From Chiloscyllium plagiosum (Eukaryota), in the NCBI RefSeq assembly GCF_004010195.1, contig NC_057718.1:50112450-50176449 (forward strand): a stretch of 64,000 nt of DNA, in the 5' to 3' direction. The notes below the pieces were generated by a model. That model worked only from the letters and a program-made list of their open reading frames with translations, did no database searches and was not told the origin of the DNA. The stretch's first letter is position 1; every line of letters starts with the position of its first letter. Both the position numbers and the translations under genes were made by a program. Shown here piece after piece: positions 37,960 to 51,300 of this stretch.

Positions 37960-39135
37960 AAGAACTGAAGTCTATGATCAAGGCAGCCTTAACAATGACT
38001 TAGAAAATCATAGTATAGTAAGATAACATTAACATGGGTTTAGTAAAGGGAAATTATGCTTGACAAATTTATTAACAACTTTGGGAAGTGAAACCAATAA
38101 GGTTGTTAAAAGAGAGTTGATAGATGTAATATACATGGGTTTCTAAAAAAACATTAATTAAGGGTGGTACATGAAAGAGTAATACTCAAGATAAGAGGAG
38201 AGACATTCAAAAAAGACATGAAGGGCAAATGGTTTTTACAGGGTGGTTTGCATGTGGAATGAACTTCCTGAAGAAGTGGTGGATGTGGGTACAATTACAA
38301 TGTTTAAACGACAGTTGGATTAGTACATTAACAGGAAAGGTTTACAGGGATATGGGCCAGGAGCTGGCAGGTGGGACTAGTTTAGTTTGGAATTATGTTC
38401 AGCATGGACTGGTTGGACTGAAGGGTCTGTTTCCATGCTGTATGACTCTATGACTCTATAAGGGTTTGGAGTGATCATTAGCATGGATAGAGGATTTGTT
38501 GGTGGGGAAAAATGAGGCATTTTCAACTTTGTAACTGGTTGCAAACTTGGATCTCAAGATTTTGGAACTAAATTAGTTACTTGGTTCAGAGTCCAGGAGT
38601 GATAATGATACAAAGCTAGGTAGGAATGTAAGCTGTGAAAAAGACAAATGGGCTTCAAAGAGAGAAAAAATAGTTAAAGAAATAAGCAACAAGTTGTGAG
38701 GGTATAATGTGGGAAGTATAAGTTTAAGTAAAGTGGGTCTGTATTCTCTGAGTTTAGAAGAGTAGAAGGTGGTCCCATTGAAGTGTACAAGATTCAAAAG
38801 GTTTGGCATGAAAACACTGAGAGGCTGTTGCTACTTTTTGGGCAAAGTAGAACATAAGACAGAATTTTAGGGTAACGGACTGAAATGAGAAGCTATTTCT
38901 TCATTCGGAGGATCTCAGTTTGAGAATGTTCTACCCCAGAGGGCAATGGATATTCCAGGTTTAAGTAAATTGAAAGCTAACATAGACTTTAAACCCTCAA
39001 GAATTGAAAGGATGTGGAGAATAGTTCAGGAGATGTAATTGGGGCAGAATTTTAGACATGACTATACTGAATGGCAGAGCAGGATTGACAGGCCATATGT
39101 ACCACTTCTGCTTCGGTTTGTTATGTCCTTATGTT
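37960..39135 (+). mobile_element. Old degraded CR1 with a younger CR1 3' end nested at about 38192-38459
   Basis: Decayed HGF.KGK.CLTNL motif; the young tail ends ctatgactctatgactctat. Confidence 0.75.
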
Positions 39136-39849
39136 TTATTTTTCTATTTTTGCCAAGATGTTTGATATCTAAATTTCAATTCAGTGCAATGCATGAGAGT
39201 AGAACCTTATCTATGCAGGCGTAAATGATTTATGAGAGATGCATCTTAATTATTATAGGGCATCATGTCTTCACAGCACAGCTTTTTCTTCCGGTTTCAA
39301 CACTGACTAACACTTGTTTAGTATTCTTGAGCACAAACAATATTACTCATTGCATGTTAATCAAATCAAATGATGCCATTTCTCAAAGATATTTTATTTC
39401 AAAACACAGCCTTTCATGATACAAACAAGCTAAGTGTGATATCCTGTCATTATCTGAATAAACATAAAGCAAACAAAAACTGCAAAGCTGGAAACCTCAA
39501 ACAAAAACTAAAATTGTTGGGAACATCAATGAGTAAAGAGAGCACAGCCAAATTAACAATTCAGCATGCACTAAAAGAAGAGAGAGGAATTGGCCCTTAT
39601 TTCTTGTGAAGGAATTGAAAGATATTGTGAAACTTTTTATGTACTTAACTTGTGAATAATGTTATAATAAAGCAATATTAAATTGTAATTTTTTTCCATA
39701 TAATTTATTGGATTTTTTTTAGGAGAAAGCATTCCCATGGGCACATGGGGTTTATATATCATCTCACCGTGCATTGTCAACCTTGATTTTCCACAGTGGG
39801 TGGAAAACTGCAAGGTGAGAGTGTAGATGTTTTAATATGTGCTCCTAAC

Positions 39850-39948
39850 ACATTCCTGATGAAGAGCTTGTGCCCGAAACATCAATTCTCCTGCTCCTCG
39901 GATGCTGCCTGACGCTTTTCCAGTGTCACACTTTTCAACCGTTACACT
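39850..39948 (+). mobile_element. PLE-end fragment
   Basis: cattcctgatgaagagcttgtgcccgaaacatc...gatgctgcctgac. Confidence 0.75.
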
Positions 39949-41668
39949 CAATACTTGTCTATGGATCCCTAAATGTACAGAAGCAGACCTACTTCTCCAC
40001 TTCCACCTTTCTATTTTACAATTCCTCCACAATCCATTAGTGGAAAACATATTTTCTCTTAGAATCTAGAACTAGGCTTCATGATTAACTGTAAAAGTCT
40101 GACTTTTTGAAAGAGATGAGGATTTTGTTTTTCTCTGAGGGTTTTGGTGAATTCCCTTCCTCAAAAGTCAGTGCATATAGAGTCTTTAACTATTTTTAAG
40201 AGAGAGGTAGATAGATTCTTGATTATCAGAGTTGTGCAGGAATGCACAGTTGAGCTTAAAATCAGATCAGGGATGATCTTATCAAAAGGTTGAACAAACT
40301 CAAAGAGTCAAGTGGTCTATTCTTGTTGATTGCCTGTTTTTTTCACAACTTATGATAGGAATTCTATTCCTCTCCCTTTTAAGTATATTCTTCATTGTAT
40401 TCTTTGCCTCCTTTCTTCTTGCTGATGTAACATTTGTCTGTTCTCAGTTCATGTTGACACACTTCACCCTCGAATCATGGTCATGCTTTCCCTCTCTAGA
40501 GTTCTTCTTTTTGATTTAATATAGAATGATTCAAATTGGTTCAATTTACTCCCAACAGTATTGCCCAAACCTTCCTTTTCCTTTTCCTCTTATTTCATGC
40601 TAGTCAATTTCAGTCATATCTGCCCCTCAGATTCCCCTGTCACTTTGTTTTGTCTTCCAATGTTGCTCAAGACCGTTGATATCATGATACTAGTTATGAG
40701 AAGGTCTGCCCCAAAGCAACATGGAGACTTGTTCTTTGAAAACTGTTCCTTGAGGAACAGGGAAAGTGGGCGCATGAAGCCTGGCAGGAAATTGAAACAG
40801 TTGAGCATGAAGGCATACACTACACATGCCTGACTCTAACCTTATACGCTGACAACAACTGTTTTACATGAGAGATGTAAGCAAGAATTGTTCCAGTGAA
40901 TGAAGAACGTACATTGCTTTCAGGTTAGAATTGGAAAAGAGAAACAGAGTTTAATCAAATGAAGTTTCAAAGTGACATAAACGAGTAAAATCATTTCAGT
41001 TCAAGTCAAACAGATCATTAGGCTTAATTAACAGGACGACAGAAAGGGTATTGGGACCAGCTACAAAATTCTTAACATTTAGAATGAACAGTCTCAATAT
41101 GAATTCATTTGCCAGCTGGTACGCCTTAAAGAAGTATAAATGGAAGGGTAAGTCTGTGAAAATAGGATACAAGTCCCCACTCTACCTGTATCTTTATTGT
41201 TTCAGTCACCATCATGGAAGATAGAATAGTGGAAAACAAAGGGAATTCAAGAAAGTTCACATAATTGTATAGATATTTTGAATATAGATTTAATATTAGG
41301 ACAAACTCAACTCACTGAAGGGAAGCGTAAATCTGAAAACCAGGGTGAGGGTTTTATTGATCTGCCTGCAACCTGTCCTCCCTTTATATACAGATCTCCA
41401 TTAGACACACTAACAATATTAAAACCATCTCATAGAATGTGCATGACAATGGTTGAATACACTAGATTTTTCTATTCATGCCTGGGGGACCAGTGAACCA
41501 TCTGGGATGAGTGAATAAAAGCATATCAATCAGGGAGGAGTTGACACCCATAGGGATGCCTAAATTAAATGACTGAATGAGAAAATAGAAAGGTTTTTCT
41601 CTGCTCTCACTTTTCCGGTATTCACCAGGACGATCCAATAGCTTGTTGGCCAGGGAATAAATGCTGGA

Positions 41669-41773
41669 CACACTTTCCTCATTCCTGAAGAAGGGCTTAT
41701 GCCCGAAACGTCGATTCTCCTATTCCTTGGATGCTGCCTGACCTGCTGCGCTTTTCCAGCAACACATTTTCAG
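41669..41773 (+). mobile_element. PLE-end fragment with a hammerhead-like core
   Basis: CTGAAGA-a-gggc-ttat-gccc-GAAA-cg-TC; same family as 58596-58687. Confidence 0.8.
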
Positions 41774-42841
41774 TTATGAGGAATGCTCAAATTTGAATTT
41801 GGACAGTTGCTGGTGTTAATAATTCCCAATCAGATGAGACTCAATGGTCCTTCTTTCAGGATAACAACTGCTGCAGCTAACACTCTATCAAATTCTGCAC
41901 AAGTTAACTCAAAACTACATTTAAATTCTTCTACAGATCAATTTTTTTAGAACCAGATAACTGAAATTTACATTGTTTTGGCTTAGTTCAGGTTGAGGGA
42001 TTCTCACTGCAAGGTCTTACCATATTCTCACTGTATCTTACCAAATGTATTCCATTAACTGTGTTTCTTTATCCTATGGTATTTCTCATATCTAAATCCA
42101 TTCTCTTCTTACTACATGCTGCTCTCAGAACAACTTGCCAGTGAGTGAATATCTGCAGAAAGACTGCACCATTTTTGAGTTGTATCTGGATAGGCATTAG
42201 CAATATGGCCTTGTCCTTTACTGCAAATATCTTAGTGCAGCAGCCACAAAGCCACCCTGTCTACTCAACAAAGCCAGTACGGTTGGCACTCACTTGCACA
42301 TGCAACTCCATTCTCTCATCCTCGTCACTGTTTAAGAACTAGGACACACTCTGTACCTGTCCTTAGATACACCCCATCTAAAGACTCTCTTTGAATCCAT
42401 TCTACTCTTTCTCCAATGCCCAGTAGTCATCTGTATCTTTACATTGCCCAGGAGGGAACATTACACACAGGCGAATTTCAGACAAAATTCAAACATGATC
42501 TTTTGCTGTCAGCCACTAAAAAGGACCATGGAAGAATCAAATGCAGGCAGCAGTTTGTACCCACAATGCTGGCACCTTGACCTTGGCAATCCAGGATGCT
42601 CTTCTGTACCCAGTAACATCTATTGGAATTAATTAGGGCCTGTCTCTCTTGTAACACCCAAAGCTGAGCTCTTTCATCAACAAGGGGAGCTTCCTCCAGC
42701 TCAATGTTCTCATCCTCTTGCCCAAATGATGGCTCCTATTCCCCGGATTCTCAGCATCTATCATATCACCTCATTGTCTGCTCCAATTGTAAAGAACACA
42801 GCATATCAGGAAGATGCTGTGCATTCTGTCTGGACTATAAA

Positions 42842-43180
42842 ATCATAGACTCTTAGAATCCCTACAGTGTGGAAACAGGCTGATTTGCCCAACAAATCCA
42901 CACCAACCCCTCCGAAGAGTAACCCATTCCCTTACCTCTGTTATGCTATATTTACCCCTGACTAATGCACCTAACCCACACATCCCTGAATACAATGGGC
43001 AACTTAGCATGGCCAATTCACCTGACCTGCACATCTTTGGACTGTGGGAGGAAAGCAGAGCACCCAGAGGAAACCCACACAACATGGGGAGAATGTGTAA
43101 ACTCCACACAGTCACCTGACTCTGGAATTGAATCCTAGTCCCTAGCGCTGTGAGGCAAAAGTGCTAACCACTGAGCTATT
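42842..43180 (-). mobile_element. HE1-type SINE
   Basis: Same family as 29229-29541. Confidence 0.88.
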
Positions 43181-43284
43181 TTGTTGCACATACCAGAGAG
43201 TAGTCATAGACAGCTGCCACCTGCAAAAGCGATCCTTCTGCAGCCCTATTGTTCCATTATTTTCCTAGTCAACTTTGTGAATGT

Positions 43285-43477
43285 GCCAAACTGGCTGAAT
43301 ACATTATACATTACAACCAAAAAGAAATAAGTGTTGCACTTCAACCCTCCTCCCATCTCAGACCCATCTCAACCATTGAAACAGTGATCTCAGGTCTGCA
43401 GCCTGGAACTGAGTACACCATCAGAGCTGTTCAGAACTCTCTGCAAAGTGAGGCACTGAGTGGGAAGCAAGTCACAG
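43285..43477 (+). pseudogene. Orphan fibronectin type III domain fragment (fibronectin III-14-like), antisense within FSHR intron 5
   Basis: AKLAEYIIHY...RPISTIETVISGLQPGTEYTIRAVQNSLQSEALSGKQVT, followed by a phase-1 donor g|gtaagc at 43477/43478. Confidence 0.7.
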
Positions 43478-43717
43478 GTAAGCCCTCTTTCCAAGTGAGA
43501 GGGAGGCTCGAGGTCTGTGCAGTAATACCGCTCTGCCTTTGTGGTTGAAGGCAGTCAAACAGCTTTTAACTCCAGCCTGCTGGCGTGAGAGGCTGTTGGA
43601 GTCCACCACAATTTAACATGAGGCCCTCAATCTCTCTGGACGTCCCTTGTCACCACTGTGGGCAGAGGTTTGCAGCCAGGGACTTGCACTGCTGACTGCA
43701 TAACAGAATGAACATTG

Positions 43718-45225
43718 GAAAGGTGTTTCCGTTGGCAGGAGAGAGAGGACCACAGGGCACAGCCTTAGAGTAAAGGGAAGACCCTTTAGAATTCAGATTA
43801 GAAGAAACTTCTTCAGCCAGAGTGCGGTAAATCTGTGGAATTCATTGCCACAGAAGGTTCTGGAGGCCAGGTCATGGAGTATATTTAAAACAGAGATAGA
43901 TAAGTTCTTGATTGCCAAGGGAATCAAAGGTTATGGGAAGAAAGCGGGAGAATGTGGTTGAAAACCCTATCAGCTGTGATTGAATGGTAGAGTAGACTAG
44001 CTGGGCCAAATGGCCTAATTTCTGCTTATGGTCTTATTCCATTTTCCAATGCATTCATTATGAACAATGACAGACATTTAAGAAATTAGTTCATGGTTCA
44101 CAGCAAAGATATATCCCAGTGAGGAAAAGGGACTCTGGAAAGGGGATAAGTGAACCATGCTTAACCAGAGGAGTTAGGGAGAGTACCAAATTGGAAGAAA
44201 AAAACGTGACAAACTTGAATGGTAAGCCAGGGGATTGGGAAAGGTTTAAAAACTAAAAAAAAGATAAATAAACTTTGATTGTGAGCTTGCAAGCATTATC
44301 AAGCTGGACAATAAGACCTTCTTTAGATATGTAGAAAAAGAAGTGAGAAACTAAAATGGAGAGATATTGACAGATTCACCAAAGTGGGCAAGAACTTGGC
44401 AGAGAGAATATATGATAGGAAAATGTGAGGTTATGAATTTTTGAAGGAAGAATAGGGGAGCTGAATATTACTTACATAAAGAAAGATTGCAAGAAGCTAT
44501 AAAATGGAGGTATTTAAGAGTCGTCTTGCATGAATCTCAAAAAGCTAGCATCCAAGTTCAACGGGTAATAAGGACGGCATATGGAAAGCTTGCTTTTGTT
44601 TCAAAGGGAATGGGGTATAAAAATAGTGAGATTTTGCTAAAACTACACAAGCCACTAGATAGATTACAGCTGGAAGTCTATGAATGGCTTTGGCCCTCTT
44701 ATCTAAGGACTGATACACTGTTATTGGAGGCCGTACAGAAAAGGTTTCCTCGGCTGATACCAGGTTAAGAGGAACTGTCTAATGAGGAAAGTTTGCATAA
44801 TTTGGGCCTGAACTCATTTGAATATAGAAGAATGTGAGGGAACAATTTGGAAATATGCAAGATTTTTAGGAGACTTGACAGAACAGATGCTGGAAGCTTG
44901 TTTTTCCTTGTGAGAGAATCTAAGACCAGAGGGTATCATCTGAGATGAAAGGTTTAAGTAGAGAAGAGGAGGAATTCCTTCTCTCAAAATGTAGAGAATC
45001 TGTTGAATTGCTTAATACAGAGGGCTTCTGAGGCTGGGTCAATAAATATATTCAAGGCTGAGCTAGTCAGATATTTAATAAATTAGGGAATCAAGGTTTA
45101 TGGGAATAAGGCAGTAAAGCAGAGTGGAGGATCAATCTATCAGCCATGATCTCATTCAGTGGCAGAGAAGATTCATCATTCTCCAATGGTTGAATGGCCT
45201 AGTCCTGTTGCTATATCTTGTTGTG
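43718..45225 (+). mobile_element. Two adjacent decayed CR1 fragments
   Basis: CR1 3' end at 43718-44035; older copy with LEAVQKRFPRLIPG at 44040-45225. Confidence 0.8.
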
Positions 45226-45822
45226 TCTGAATGTGGTGGAGCCTATGGATTGTATCCTGGGATTCTGTTTGATGCTGATCAATATGGAGGCTCCTTGCAG
45301 CCAGCAGCAAGCTGAGGTTGCCAGGTACCCACTCTGATTGCCAAGATGAGATTTCTGGAAGTTTAGTTTCTTTGGCATGTTTGGTAAGAAAGGTATGTTA
45401 CTGAAGCATGTTGCAATATTAACAAGTCAATTAACAAGCTGTGATACTCTGAATTGACAACTTACTGCTGCCTAATGAGAAACTCACCACATCACCATAA
45501 AAGTTGCAGTGAGATGCACCTGAGGTGGAGATAGACTTTTTGTCACATTCTGTTACTGATCTCATAATAGCCCATGTTGGTTACACCCCTTTAGATTCCA
45601 CCCAAAATATTAAAAAGTAGAGGACTTAGCTGAAATTAGTCCCCACCAGCAAGACAGTTAGCAAAACATGAATTCATTCATTCATAACTGATCAGTATCA
45701 AAATTAGAAACTAAAGGCAACAGGAAATCAACCAAGAAAGCAACAACTTTAAAATTTATTGAAAAGAACCATAATTTATTCATTCTCCCTTGTATTATAA
45801 AAAACTAGCTCAAAGGACTTAC

Positions 45823-45894
45823 AGAAGCAAAAAATCTTCAGAATGAATGTTTGTGATATCAGGAAAGAACCTTATTCCAGTGTTTGTTATAGTC
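45823..45894 (-). CDS. FSHR: FSHR exon 5 equivalent (72 bp LRR)
   Basis: ttcatctccacag acceptor, gtaagt donor. Encodes TITNTGIRFFPDITNIHSEDFLL(L); compare human FSHR LISNTGIKHLPDVHKIHS. Confidence 0.92.
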
Positions 45895-46542
45895 CTGTGG
45901 AGATGAAAAGGCACATAAGAAGTATAGCAGTCAAGCATGCATTGTAGACTAAAATGCTTATAATTCATTTAGCAACAGAACACATTGTTAATTATTAATT
46001 TCAAACCTTCAGCTTTCAATGAAGTTTTGGGAGGAGAATAACATTTAACTAGATGAACTGTCATTGAGTAGATTGAGCCAATTAAAACAGAAGATGACAG
46101 TTTAGCTCACAAGATGACACCATAGCCTTTTGTAAATTACTACAAATCTAGATTGTAACATTGCCATTTAAATGTAGGCAGATTCTAAAGGACTTTATTC
46201 TGGAGTTATGCTGGCTCAAGAGTGCATTGTGTCTTTAGATCTTCATTAACATGCTCATACATTTCAATATTTAAACTAATATTTCATAGGACTTCCATCA
46301 ACCTCCCCTGCAGCTCGAGCAGAAACTAATGGAACTCAGTAGAGTAGAACAGAAAGCTATTTATAATTCCTATTTCTGGAATTGTCCAGTTTGCCTCTGA
46401 AGATTAGGAGTTATGCCCATCCCATACAAACAAATGCCTCTACAAAGGAATTCCTGCTTTGAGAGTATTTCAGGAGCCAGTGTTAATATTGGGACACTAC
46501 TATGTCCACATTAGAGAAGTCTATGCAATGGTATGAACTCAA

Positions 46543-46703
46543 GTCAAAAATCAAACAACGTCAGGTTATAGTCCAACAGGTTTATTTGAGGAAGAAGTGG
46601 AGCTCCAAAAGCTTGCAATTTCAAATAAACCTGCTGCACTATAACCTGATATCATTTGATTTTGTCCTTGTCCATCCCAATCCAGCGCTGGAATCTCCAC
46701 ATA
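46543..46703. mobile_element. Short fold-back PLE-end element (gttaaaaatcacac family)
   Basis: aaaatcaaa...caggttatag...caggtttatttg is inverted against caaataaacctg...ctataacctg...tttgatttt, followed by the family tail. Confidence 0.7.
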
Positions 46704-47031
46704 ATGGTATGAAGTGAGCTTTGGCACTCATTCTGACAGGCAGCCTGGCTGTGTTTGGAGACACACAATGTTAGCAATGCTTCAGCTATGATTCTTGCTC
46801 CAACCCACCCATTCATATGACCTGTCCTCCCATTGACTCCACAATGTGTAAAAGTGTCAATGCTGGCAAACATTAATTAGTGCAATCCAAGCATAATCGT
46901 CAGTTTTCAGCCCATGGATTTTCAACACTAGATCATTTTACTGAGTTTCAAATCCTTACATTTCTTTTCATATCATAAAAAAAATCCAAAACAAATTTAC
47001 TGTCTGAATGTCATGGTAATAACTAAAATGC

Positions 47032-47675
47032 TGTTATGGACCAGATCAGACCCCCTCAAAATATGTTAAGAAGGTACCCTGGATCCTAACATTTTCTTGT
47101 TTGAAAGGTGAAGTGCTGTGTTCCAGATGTGAAGCGACTGGTTAAACTACTCGACCTGAAGCAAAACACAATTTATTTTAACATGGTAGTTAAAATACAA
47201 ACTAACAAAGAAGGAATTTAGAATAGCTTAACTCTTGGAAAACTTAACCAAATAATGCATATAGTTTCTATTGCTAATTAACTGTTCCAATACAGGAACA
47301 TCCATAAATACACTCCTTGGCAAAAAGGCAAATTCAGACATAGATTCTCACATGCAGTTCTCCAACCCAGGAGGAAGAAAACATCAAGAGCAAATTCAGA
47401 GAAAGTAGCAGCTAGGAGACATTCACTGAAGCCTCCAAATCCTTTGAGACTCTAAAGGCTTCTGCATAAAACTAAACCTAAAAACTAAAAAAAAAACTAG
47501 AAAGCCTAGTCTGAGAGAGCTGGCCACACCTGGGCTGCTTCCAGTGTACCAACTTAAAAAAAAACAAGGCCTCACTAATTGTTTACTTTCTTAAAGACAG
47601 CTCTGTATCTCTGCATTACAACCTCTCTTCAAAGAAAAGGACAAAACAACCTCTTAAAGTGACAGCATTGTCACA
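47032..47675. mobile_element. Solo LTR (probably Gypsy-type)
   Basis: 644 bp, termini TGTTA...TCACA, flanked by atgc/atgt (4-bp TSD with one mismatch), non-coding. Confidence 0.65.
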
Positions 47676-48169
47676 ATGTTATTTGCTTTTATAGGAAACT
47701 ATGCAAAATCTACTATTGGTACAACATTAGAAGTGTAAATACACTGCTATCCATGCAAAACCAAGTTTATTTTATAACCAGCTTTTCATAGGCTTATTTT
47801 GACTGTGATTACATGACTTATGTAACTGCTGTCAAACTTAGTAAAACGTTTTACGACAATTTATGCTACAAAGTATAAATTTGGAAAGATTGGCATATTA
47901 CTTGAGGACACAAGATGATGTAAAAGACAATTGCAAATGTCTCTTCAGTTAATACTTCAACAAATTTGAATTCTCAGAATATAAACTCATATGATACATA
48001 CTAAACATGTCCATTAGTATGATCTTGTAATTGCACTTCTTGAAATGCAATTCAACTTACATTTGAAACCAAATCAGAAGGTATGTAGGGACCAGAATAG
48101 AACATTAGACAGAATACCAAAGTGTTCAAATATTGAGAGACAAATAGTACCAGAATTAAACTCAATAAG

Positions 48170-48343
48170 ATAAGGGGCTGGATAAACACAGCAGGTCAGA
48201 CAGCATCAGAGGAGCAGGAAAGTTGATGTTTTGGGTCAGGACCCTTCATCAGGACTGCTCCTCTGATACTGTCTGACCTGATGTGATTTTTGAGTTCCAC
48301 ATTTTATCAACTCTGACTTCCAGCATCTACAGTCCTCAGTATC
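48170..48343. mobile_element. Decayed fold-back PLE-end element
   Basis: caggtcagacagcatcagaggagcag is inverted against ctgctcctctgatactgtctgacctg; flanking direct repeat accagaattaaa(c)tcaata. Confidence 0.7.
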
Positions 48344-48369
48344 ACCAGAATTAAATCAATAGGTGGTGT

Positions 48370-51300
48370 CAGAATAAGGGAGAAATTAAAATATTCTAAA
48401 TTAGGGTTACAGTGCATGCATATGAATACATAGAGTGGGATGAAAGTAACAAAATCTGAATTAAGTGTATTATATTGCATGTTAATGAATGCACAAATAT
48501 AATCAATGTGATTGGGGTGTTAACAGGCACAGATTTTCATCTATCACCTGGAACCAGAGAAGCGATGGCATAGTGATATTATCGTTGGACTGTCAACCCA
48601 GAGACCCAGATAATATTTGAGGACCTGGGCTTGAATCCCATTACAGCAGATGGTGGAATTTGTGTTCAATAAAAATATCTGGAATTAGGAGTCTAATGAT
48701 GACTATGAATACATTATTGGAAAAACCCATCTGGTTTGCTAATGCCCTTTAGTGAAAGAAACTGCCATCCTTCCCTGATCTGGTCTACATGTGACTCCAG
48801 ATCCACAGAAATGTGTTTGACTCTTAACTGCCCTCTGGCGAATTAAGAATGAGCAATAAATGTTACCTGGTCAGTGATTCCTTCATGAATAAAGAGAGAA
48901 ACAAAATAATGCTATAGATAAAACAGAGACCTGGCTCAAGGAACAACAGCACTGCATGTTAAATATCCTTGGAGAGAAAGTATTGATTAAAGATACAAAA
49001 GGGAGGAGAGGTGGTAGCATTGGTTAAGGGGGCATTACCGTGTGGGAAAATGAGAATGTCCCAGAGTGTTCAAAGCCAGAATCAAATTAGCCAGAACTAA
49101 GAACCAGAAAAGATAGGATTACTTTCCTCAGTATAGACTACATGCCATTAATTAGTTGGAATGAGGTGCAGGAACAAATCTGCAAGAAATTTACAGAGAT
49201 GTGCAAACCTTTTAGAGTAGTTATAATGGGGGCACTTTATTATTTCAATGCAGCCTTTGATAGTGTTACTGAAAAGGATACAGAATTATAAGCATTCCTA
49301 GATAGTGTTCAGAAGAGTTTTATACAACAGTACATGTCCAGTCTAATGGGAAAAGAGTTATTGTTAAATATGTTTTTTAGGAATGAGATGGGTCAAGTTG
49401 ATCAAGATATTTATATTGCTGTGATCATTCTATCATAAGGTTTATGATGGTGGTGAAATAGAACAATGAAGAGTCCAAAATAAAAATAATTAACTCAGTG
49501 ACAGCTGATATCAATTGGGGAAAGTATGGAGCTGGGCCAGCTAGACTGGAACTCAAAGTTTGGCAGGAAAATTTTCCAGCTGATCCATGGGCTACCTTCA
49601 AAACAGAAACAGTATGGGCACTGGTAAATGTAAACTCCAGAAGTCCCTGGATGAAAAAGGAAATAGAAATGAAAATGAGGATAAAAAAGACAGATATCAG
49701 GTAGAAAATACAATTCAAAATCAGGCTGAATATAAAAGATTCAAAAGGAAATTGAAAAAGCAAATCAGAGAAACAAGGAGGGAGTATAAAAAGACAGGCA
49801 TCACATACAAAGAGAGCTCCAAAGTATTACATAGGCAAATAAATAGTAAAATTGTGACAAAAGGAGGATTAGGGGTGATTAGGGATCAAAAAGGAGCCTT
49901 GCATGTAGATGAAGAGCCACAACTAAGGTAATTCTGAAGGAAAACCAGTGTAAAGGAGGCATTCTGATCAAACTCATCTTGCATTCTTTAATTTGGAGGA
50001 TGCGTATGACCAGTGTGTTCGTTTTCAAGGCGAGTGGTTTATTTTTTCCTTTGGGAAAGAAGCAGATACTATCTAGTCATAGTGATAGAAGATGAAATAC
50101 AGCCACTTCAATGAATTGTTATGAAGGAGGTATTTAAATTTGGCAAGACACCAGGAGTAGATGAGCTGCATTCAAGGATACTGAAGGAAATGGAAGTGGG
50201 CATGGTGGAAGGACTGGCCATAATTTTTAGGTCTTCCTTAGACTCAGTGGTGATGCCCTCAATCAAGAGAGGATGTAAGGATAAGCCCAGCAATTACAGA
50301 TTCGTCAGTTTAATTTCCATGGTGAGGTAAACTGTTGTAAACAACTAATTTAGTACAGAACCAACATTCACATGCACAAATGTGGATGAATTAAGGAAAG
50401 CCAGCATGGATTCTTAAAAGAAAATTATGATTAATTAATATGTTCTTGTATTTTGAGGAGTTGATGGAGAGTGTTGATGAGGGAGATATAGTTGACGTGG
50501 TGTAAATGGACTTCCGAAAGACATTTAAAACAATGACACACAACAGAATTATGAGTAAAGTTGGAGCTTATGGAACAAAAGGGACAGTAGTAATGTCGAT
50601 ATAAAACTGGCAGAGCAATAGGGAACAGAGTAATAACTTATTGATATATTTCAGGTTGGAGGAAAGTTAATGGTGAAGTTCCCCAAGATCAGTGGTGGGA
50701 CCCTTGCCTTTCTTGATACATATATTAATATTCTAAATAAAGAAAATGTGACATTTGGCCCATCTTGGCATATAGAGGACAATTTTTAAGTTTGTGCATG
50801 TCTCAAAAACTGGAAGCCTCATAATACATTTGAGGAGGATGGTATAAAACTTTGAAAATATGTCGAAGAGGGTAATACAGTGGACTTCCAAAAGACATTT
50901 GAAACAATGCCTCACAGCATAATTAGGAGCAAAGTCAGAACTTATGGAACAAAAGTGGAGTGGGCAAATAGGTAAGAAATAAACTTCAATGTTAATGATG
51001 TGATACATTTTTATTCAAAAAAGATGGAAATGCAGGATAAATCAAAGGGTGTTACCCTAAAGGGTGACCACGAGCAAAATATGTGCCAATATCATTAAGG
51101 ATAGCAGGACAGGTGGAGAGAGGCACTAATGAAGCATACAGTATTTGAAGCTTTATTAGGGAGGGGATAGAGTAGCAGAACAAGGACATTATGTTTAAGG
51201 CACTAGTTAGGTGTCAGCTGGAAGGTTGGATTTTATTCTGGTGCCACACTTCATAAAGGGTGTCAACACATTGGACAGACTGCAGAAGAGGTTTACAAGA

